A stretch of 64,000 nt of DNA from positions 372,001 to 436,000 of the forward strand of contig NIVC01000003.1 in NCBI GenBank assembly GCA_002269645.1. Reading direction: 5' to 3'. The notes under the pieces are model-generated. The model worked only from the letters and a program-made list of their open reading frames with translations. It ran no database searches and was not told the origin of the DNA. Position numbers and translations under genes: made by a program. The stretch is from Macrostomum lignano (lineage: Eukaryota). Every line of letters begins with the position of its first letter. Position 1 is the stretch's first letter. This document shows positions 56,088 through 64,000 of this stretch, one piece after another.

Positions 56088-59000
56088 CTAGGAGTCAGTG
56101 CTGGGGCTGTGCGTGGACTCCAGAGTGTTAATAAACACCTGAGTGGCGTCCTGAAGCTCCTTGCCGGCCTCCTGGTACCACTGCTTGAACGAGTCCTCGC
56201 AGATGATTGCGTTATCAAGGTAGGCGAAAAAGAGGTCGTTTATCAACTCTGCAGTGCATTTGGAAGGAATGCGCCGTTGAAACTACTGAAGCACAGTGAG
56301 TAGAAAGGTCAGAGCATTGCTACCAGCAAAGCAAAACTCACCAAGTGAAAGGCCTGCACTCTTTATGGTGTCGCAGGTGGCGCTGAGAACCCACTGCTGT
56401 TGCTGCTCATGGGTCTCGATGTGCCGCATAAGGACTGGCTTAACCAGCAGGAACAGCGGCTTGTTCAGCTTCTTGCTCTCTGCAAAGCGTGAGAATTCAA
56501 GTCACAACTGACCTGCCATAAAGATGTCCCATCACTGCAAATGCACATCACCGACTGCCCACTCACGAGTGCAGCCGCGACAGACGCTTCGCACGAGAAC
56601 CCGGATGAACTCCCGAGACTCCATCTGCTTCTTGTCCACCTCCTTCTCTATGAGGGCGATCAGCTCCTCGGACAGCAGGTCCTTCGCCGAGGCGTCGCCG
56701 TCTGCGTTGCCGATTTTCTGCTCGATCCGCTCGCCGACGACGTCCAGGGCGATGGGCGATGGCGACAGCATCGTCTCATGCAGAGTGAACTCCAGCTTGT
56801 TGGCTGCAACGAAGTCCGCCGCGTCCGCCTGCGGCAGCTCCAGCAGGCTGTGCCACGCCATCCCCGCCTCCCGGAACGCCGCGCCCACCCGGTCGTGGCC
56901 GAGCCGCCCGCTGGCCAGGTGCAGCGCCCGCGACACCACCTCGCCCCGCAGAGGTCGCCGGCTCGAGTCTCGCAGGTCGGCGGGGATCCTCAGCACCAGC
57001 TGCTGCACGCAGGACAAGTAGGAGGCCGCCTTCTGCACAAAGGAGGAGAAAATCTCTCCCAGGTAGCTGGACAAAAGCGGGAAGTCCGACAGGAAGTCGT
57101 CCGCCATCTCCATGATGGGTGAGAAGCTGCGGGGGAGCGGATGATGGGTGGGAGTCTGCAATCTACTGCAATCAATTCACAACCCATAGCCCAGAGCCGC
57201 TGGTCCTCTCGGGTTGCTGGCAGCTGGGCCAAGTTGGGCCTCCCAGGCTGCTGGCAGCAGGCTCCTGACAGCTGGGCCTCCCAGGCTCCTGACAGCTGGG
57301 CCTCCCAGGCTGCTGGCAGCTGGGCCTCCCCAGGCTCCTGACAGCTGGGCCTCCCAGGCTTCTGACAGCTGGGCCTCCCAGGCTTCTGACAGCTGGGCCT
57401 CCCAGGCTCCTGACAGCTGGGCCTCCCAGGCTGCTGGCAGGAGGGCCTCCCAGGCTCCTGGCAGCTGGGCCTCCCAGGCTTCTGACAGCTGGACCTCCCA
57501 GGCTTCTGACAGCTGGGCCTCCCAGGCTCCTGACAGCTGGGCCTCCCAGGCTGCTGGCAGCTGGACCTCCCAGGCTTCTGACAGTTGGGCCTCCCAGGCT
57601 GCTGGCAGCTGGGCCTCCCAGGCTCCTGACAGCTGGGCCTCCCAGGCTCCTGACAGCTGGGCCTCCCAGGCTCCTGACAGCTGGGCCTCCTAGGCTCCTG
57701 ACAGCTGGGATCGCGTCGAGCTTCAGACAGCAAAAACTTCGTCAGCCGGGGGCCTCGGGGGCCTCACCGGGTCAGACGGTAATTCCAAAATTCATCCTGC
57801 TGACGCATCGCGGTGAGCAGCTTCATCACTTTGCCCAGACTCACCCCTCAATAAGATCTTTCGAGCTGAGCAGCTCGCTGTGCAGCAACTCGAAGAGCAG
57901 CTGGCCGCCCCTCTCCCGAAGCTCTTTGCTGTTTTCATTCAGCAGGTGCTCCGCGTTCACCTCCACGAAGGCGCTGATTTCTGGGTGACGCGAGATTTCA
58001 ATGAAGTTGGATTTGGTGTCCTGAATGGAAGAAGGTGAGGGAGAGGATGCGGTGCTTCAGATTCTTCAGACACATTCATGCAAGACACGAGCTTACTTCT
58101 AGCGAGCACAGGGAGCCGAGCCACTCCATCATTATGTTTTTGCTCTTCCGCTCCAGAACGTCCCGCGGTATCGGCGGCGGCTCAACGGACCGTGGCGACT
58201 CAACGGCCCGCGCCGGCAGCTCCTGGCTGGACTGAGAGCGCGGCATCTTGCCGGAGGCCGCCAACGCTGCCACAGCGGGCTGCTGCAGCTGCTGCGGATC
58301 CAGGTGCGGCGAGGCCTCCCGACTGGTGCCACGACTGGCGCTGGACTCTCGCGAGTTCTTCTGACTGCCCAGCCTAGCGGAGGAGCGAGTTTGTGTTTAA
58401 CAAATTCTAAACATTTCTGAGGCCTAGGACAGGAAAACTAATTGAGGACGCCAAATAATATAATCCAACCAACTAATTTAAAGTGAGGCTTGGATGTCAA
58501 AGCTCACATGGGTTGTTGATATCTTAGGGTAGAAGGTTTGGCTTCCAGAGCTGGTGCTGGTGCAAGAAATTGTTCTTTTCTTTCTTGCCCCCCCAACTGG
58601 GGGGGCGTAGATGGCTAGTCTAACCATCTAATATTCTCACCTCGGCGTGCCACGGCCTCCGTCATCCTTGCCGCTGGGCCTTGCCTTGGCCACAAACGAC
58701 GGTCGAGACGGGCCCAGCCGAGTCTGTGACTGGCCCTGCTCCTGGCTGCTGCCGATGACCATCTTGCGAGCGTCCATCTTCTGTGCCTTGCGAGTCGTTG
58801 TTACTGGGGTCCACTCGCTGTTGGCCGCAGGGGTCGGCCCAGCAGGTGGCCGACTGAAGCCGCCCTGCCGGCCACCTCGAGTCTGCTGCTGCTGCATGCC
58901 TGCCAGCTGCTGCTTCCGCGACTCATCCTGCCTGGCCTTCTGCTCCAGCTCCTCCTTCGTCATCGGCCTCTCGTGCAGCCGAATCTCCATCTCGCGCCGC

Positions 59001-62000
59001 TCCCAGTTCCGCTGTCGCATCTCTACGATGTCCTGCAGGCGGAACCGAACCTTCGACTCGATCTCCTTGCTGTTGATCAGCTTCTTGATCCGCTCGAAGT
59101 ACTGGTCGATTCGAGCCTTGGCGTTATTCTCACTCTCCAGCTTTTTGCCGACTGTCTTCAGCAGCTCGCACAGGCACTCCAGCGACTCCGTGAACATGCT
59201 CTTGCTGCTGTGGTCTGACTTCAGCTGCGATACAATGCACTGATGGATGATGTTTGCCGTCAGGATGTCCTTCATGAACAGCTCGCCGATGAATCTGCAG
59301 TGAGGCAGCATGAAAACACACAATACACAATAAAGGACCCCATTTTATTAACCCAGCTTCTAACAGAAACTCACCTGATGTTCCCGTAATATTGGTCCTT
59401 TGCTTTCTTCATCTGCTCGTCCCTCTCCTCTTCCAGCGCCTTCTTCTTGTCTTCCTTCTCTTCTGCGTCGATCTTCTCTTGCCACTGCGCCCCCTTCTGC
59501 TCCATCTGCTCCTTCAGCGGAGTCTCGAACATTTCCTGGCATTTCTTCAGCAGCAGGGACCGGAAACCGATGAACTGCTTGTTCTCCTGAGACTGCTCGG
59601 GAAAGTTCACCTTGAGCTGCAGGTATGAAAATGGAAAACATTAGCAATTAAGCTCATGAGCTTACAAAACGTCTTAGTGTTTGCATAATATTTGTGACTA
59701 TCGCTTACAAAGGCCAGCCGCTTGCAGATCTCAGCGAACACGGATGAGTAGGACTTCTCACGAGTGGCCTGCAGACAGAAAATGGGCGCATATTTAGCCA
59801 GGTGGGTGCAAGAGCAACTGCAGATAAGTTGAAATGAATTTTATTTATGGCGTAATCAGACATAAACTGTTTTCTGCATTGCATATAAGTCAGGGATAAC
59901 GGTCATCATAGGAGAAGTAGGTACCAGTCTACTCTCTCAATACAAGACAGTTATTACCTTGTCAAAGATGATGTCAACGCAGGCATTGAGACCTTGGATG
60001 CTGCCGATATCGCAGGTTGTGGTCAGCTGAGAAAAGCAGGACTCAAAGTTCTGCGGAGCAATCTTGTTCAGGATGGACCGAATGTTCCGCTCGATCTCCA
60101 CCTTCTTGAGCTGCTCCTGGTCGTCAGGCTTCTTCTGCAGGAATCCGGGCACATAGGCACTGTCGCTCTTGTGCAGGTCGACCTTATCCTTCCGCACTTC
60201 AATCACAAGCTGCGGCTTGGGCGCCGGTTTCGGCGGGCCGCCGCCGCCACCACCGCGGCCTCCACTGCCACGATGAGATCCGTAGATGGACTTCCCTTTG
60301 TCCTTCGCGACGTAGTTCGGCTGCACCACGAATGAAGGCGTGAAATCGAAGCCGCGAACGGCTCGAGGCGGCTGCTGCTGCTGAAAAAGGTATCAAAAGT
60401 TTGAAAATGTGAATCTCAGTCGTAGAACTGATGAAAAGAAACCAATGCAAAAGAATGAATGGTGACTCAGTATTGCCGAAATTTGACGTCAAGCAATGCA
60501 AAAATTGCAATTATCTGACGGTAATTCCAACAGATAATCACTGATTTTATCTTTATAATAATAATTAATAATAAATGACTACACCTGTCCGAATGGGCAG
60601 ATGTGCAAACAAAAGCTCAGCCGGAATCGGGATTCGAACCCCCGACCTTCGAGTCGTGAATCCGACGCCTAATAAGGTATCACTTTGGACCTTAATAAAT
60701 GATATATACACATATCGAAAAACACTGCAGCACTTACGGAGTCGCTGCGGGGCAGCAGCTCAGGAATGTCTCCCGGTAGCTCGTCGGGCCGCTGGTTGCT
60801 GAGATCAGTAAACTGCAGGCTCAGCAGGAATCCCCGGTCGTACTTCAGCTTCTTTTCAAGCGTTGTCTTGTCCGACTCGCCCGGCTCTGGCTTGAACTCG
60901 TACTTGCCGCTTGCCGGTGGCTGAATGAGCGGCGGCGGCTGCTGCGTCCTGCGCTCCGGCCCAGCCGAGCCGCGTCCGGCATCGACAGACGCCTTGCGCG
61001 ACGATGGGGCCACTGCGGGCGACTGACGACTGCCGTCGGTTGCGTCCCCGTTGACTGGCGGCGACGCCACTGGGGACTTCTGCGCCAGCGCGGTCGGAAC
61101 AGGCGAGTCCGCGGCGGGCGATTCGGCAGCGGAGGACTCCGACTTCAGAGCCGGAGCTGTTGCGCCTTCTTTCTTTGCCTCAGCGTCGGGCGCCGGCATC
61201 GGAGCAGCCTCCGACACCTCTGGTGAGGGCGAAGGCGTCGGTGGCTTGGCTGGTGGAGGCAAAGGGTCGACGCTGATCGACTCGGGCTGGGCAGCAAGAG
61301 CGGGCGCTGCTGCTGAAGCCTTGGCCTCCGCTGCGTCGGAGGGGGCGGCTGGGTGCGGCTCGACAGTAGCGGGTGGGGCAGCAGGTGTCGTGGATGTCGG
61401 CTGTTGGGCTGCTGCTGTCGCTGGCTTAGCGGTGGCCCGCAGCTTGAGGAGGTCCTTCTGAACCGTCTGGCCATCGGCCGGCGGCTTCTCGATTGGCAGA
61501 CCGCGACTGGGCCGATGCGCTGGCCCGCTTAGCTGCGGCGGTGGCGACGGCTGGTGAATGCCGGCGGCTGCGGAACCGGCGGCGCTAGTTGAAGTCGCTG
61601 GTTTCTCAACGTGCACCTCCTCTTTCGTGTCCGGATTCACAATGGCCAGCCGCTTTCTCTCTCTTATTGGGGCCGCAGCCTCCTGTTGCTGCTGGCCAGC
61701 TTGCTGCTGCTGCTGTGGCGCAGGCTGGTGCTGCTCAGGGCCGGGCCCGCCGTGCTGCATGAATGGCTGATGAGGCGCGGGGGCGGGCCCGGACGGGTGG
61801 AACTGAGCCCTGGAGTGCAGCTGACCAGTCTGAGGCCGAGTGCCGCTAGCGTAGGCGCCAGGCACGAACTGCTGAGGATATGCCGGATTTGGCTGCTGAT
61901 GATGCGGCGGCGGCGGCTGCTGCTGCATCGCCGGAATGCCGTAGGTTTGCGGGTTCGAGCCGGGGTTCATGGCCATGGCGTTCCACGGCTGCATTGGCGG

Positions 62001-63159
62001 CTGTGTGGACGGGGTGAGTGGGCTTCAATAGAATTTCAGCGGTTTGAGCACGGCGGCAGCAGTAGAAATTATCAAATTTTAAAGCACAATATTGAGCAAT
62101 TATTTCTTTAACTTCAATAATTTTATACCAAGTCCCCAAACTATTAAGAAACTCAAAGAAACTTAAGACAATTAAAATTATTCGAAATAAACAGTTATAA
62201 AATATAATAATTAACAGGCACTAAAATCGAGCTCATAAAACGAACAAGACAGCCGAGCGGCAGAAAAAGCACCGAAACTGGAACGGCCGGTTCTCACTTT
62301 TGCAATCAGCGGAGCGGCCATTGTGAACACCTGGAACTGTGGCTTTAAGCAGATCAAGAAAATGTGACAGCATGGGAAAGATAGGGAGTAATCATACTAG
62401 TGTTTGCACACTTCAGAAACTTGCACCGACAATAGGTATAAAGAACCAACTTGGGCCTACTGTTTCTTAAAAAACATTTTGGGTGCTGGTTTTGTGCGAA
62501 AAAAAAACAGTGGAGATAGGCTTCTTTCCTACACAAAACGGCGATAGCTAGTGCAGCCCCTAAACAGTTCCTCGTGCTTCTAATGATTTGTCCTCGCTGA
62601 TATGCACAACTCCAACAGTCTGTTTTTAACTCACATAGCCTGGCGGAACTTGCGGGTGCTGCATGGGCATCATTGGCTGAACAGGCTGCTGCACATACGG
62701 CGCCATGTACTGCTGCTGCATCGAGCTGGACGGAAACTGGCCTGGCATGTTGCCAGCTGGCCAGCCAGGCTGAAGAGAGCTGGCTCCCTGCTGCTGGTAG
62801 GCGGCATTTGGGTTCTGGCCATAGATCACCTGGGACTGCGGCTGTCCCTGAGAATACCGATAGTTCTGAGCCTGCAGGTGAAAGTGGCAAAATGCTGTGC
62901 TGCAACCTCCAAGTTCTCCAGAGCAGAGTTGATGCTGTTACCACAATTATGACCACAACTCATCAGCCATGGGTAATGTAAGTATTGTATGAAAATAAAA
63001 GTACTACACAAATTTGGTTGCTTACCAAGTGCGCACGATTTCCCTCTTGAAATTCCGTTTGATAAGGACCTAAATGAATAGAATATATCAAGTTTGTAAA
63101 ATTATGAAAATTAATATAGAAAGAAATGGAATCTCAATATCTTACCTTGGATATAAGGG
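56088..63159 (-). CDS. EIF4G: Eukaryotic translation initiation factor 4G (5'-incomplete, about 1,400 aa reconstructed); exons 63159-63146(?), 63069-63026, 62829-62635, 62000-60738, 60380-59958, 59768-59709, 59616-59375, 59294-58641, 58373-58097, 58020-57845, 57126-56567, 56479-56342, 56248-56088
   Basis: eIF4E-binding YDRGFLL (YxxxxL-phi), RERKRLAIVNPDT and DFTPSF. MIF4G domain (IRSILNKIAPQNF ... FRSLLLKKCQEMF ... GNIRFIGELF ... ESLECLCELLKTVGKKLE ... VRFRLQDIVEMR). MA3-like region (MEMADDFLSDFP). W2-like end (YLDNAIICEDSFKQW). Every junction is GT-AG with matched phase. The start codon was not located. Confidence 0.95.
57205..57710. repeat. 24-bp minisatellite in an eIF4G intron (CAGCTGGGCCTCCCAGGCTCCTGA), about 20 copies
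   Basis: Directly visible. It gives the PSCQEPGR and DSWASQAP ORFs. Confidence 0.96.
60620..60672 (-). pseudogene. 5'-truncated tRNA-like fragment (tRNA pseudogene or SINE head) in an eIF4G intron
   Basis: The minus strand reads GGCGTCGGA-TTCACGA-CTCGA-AGGTC-GGGGGTTCGAATCCC-GATTCCGGC. It has a B-box/T-arm, an imperfect anticodon arm and a 3' acceptor strand, but no matching 5' acceptor strand or D-arm. Confidence 0.65.
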
Positions 63160-63740
63160 CTGTTTGGAGAGTTAGTTAATTTTGGCAGTTAAGGAAAATA
63201 AAGAAATTTTGAAAAAATAGTCACATTTATATGCTAGCTCTTTAATTCTAAATTAAGTTAACTAATTTATAAGCTATTATCCTAAAACTAAATTATCTTA
63301 CAGTATACTTGTTTAAGTAAAGCTAATTCAATTATCTCCTAGCTTCTGTTTTATATATAGCTACTTAGATTATACATTTGTTTATGTAACATTTTCAGTA
63401 GCATATGCCTAATTGCCAAAGAGCAACAATATTAATTGTTTAAATAAATATTGCTATTATAGACCATGAGCTTTAAGATTGTTTTTTATTTATGAGATAT
63501 TCATTAGGCAAGCAAAACTTGAAAAAAGAATAATTCCATGGCTAATAATAATAATATTAATAATAATATAATAATTGTTTATTATACCTGCCCTAAGAGA
63601 TATGCAACCAATAGCTTAGTAGCAACTATTATGTAGCACATCTAAAGGGTATATACATAGCTATTATTTAGTTTAAGGACTAGGAAGTTGCCACATATAC
63701 CTTTATTTATCTTGGCTAATGTTGGTACCCATGTTATAGC

Positions 63741-63860
63741 CCATAGTCTGGAAGGTGGCCTTTATGCCAGAATTTTCTAGTATATTTTTGCTCTTGCTGA
63801 CAATCTTGGCGTACACTTGGCATATAGAATTTTCAGGTTCAACATGAAGTGTACAGAGTC
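63741..63860. mobile_element. Degenerate end of a second copy of the 39.6-kb MITE family
   Basis: CCATAGTCTGGAAGGTGGCC at 63741 differs by one base from the right TIR of the 39561-40237 element. It is followed by decayed TTGGCGTACA-type repeats. Confidence 0.65.
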
Positions 63861-64000
63861 AGCATACAAAAAATTGCCAAGTTCAAGGCTAATGTAATTG
63901 TGTAGTTAAATATCAACCAATGTTGAAAGCTTTTTAAAAATAATTGGAAACTAAAATAGAAAACATTAATGCAATCACAAGAAAATCAAAATTAAAACAA

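Noticed and set aside
60620-60672. Functional tRNA-Val(CAC) gene
   Set aside because: The 5' acceptor strand and D-arm are missing and the anticodon stem is mispaired. It is reported only as a fragment.

Overview
This is intron-containing animal genomic DNA. GC-rich exons alternate with AT-rich blocks and many pure 14-43 bp minisatellites. The style suggests a flatworm such as Macrostomum, but that is an inference and was not checked. I reconstructed ten protein-coding genes by hand, with GT-AG and reading-phase checks at each junction. Nine are on the minus strand: a frameshifted Ser/Thr kinase, a small 4-TM protein, GTP-dependent PEPCK, CtBP, a cadherin-like type I membrane protein, a beta-1,4-GalT/GalNAcT, V-ATPase subunit G, a pancreatic-lipase-family enzyme and eIF4G (5' end unresolved). 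One is on the plus strand: a 3-exon protein with apparent tandem DUF1330-like domains. Main points: (1) Two intact genes sit inside introns of conserved housekeeping genes on the SAME strand (cadherin-like in CtBP intron 4; a 3-exon lipase in the V-ATPase G intron). (2) A 3.19-kb TIR element with a 2-bp target duplication splits a 21-bp satellite and carries a Gypsy remnant. (3) A 677-bp MITE has an 8-bp target duplication. (4) The kinase has a single-base frameshift. Most long ORFs in the track are artefacts of tandem repeats or antisense shadows of GC-rich exons. There is no CRISPR array and no rRNA.
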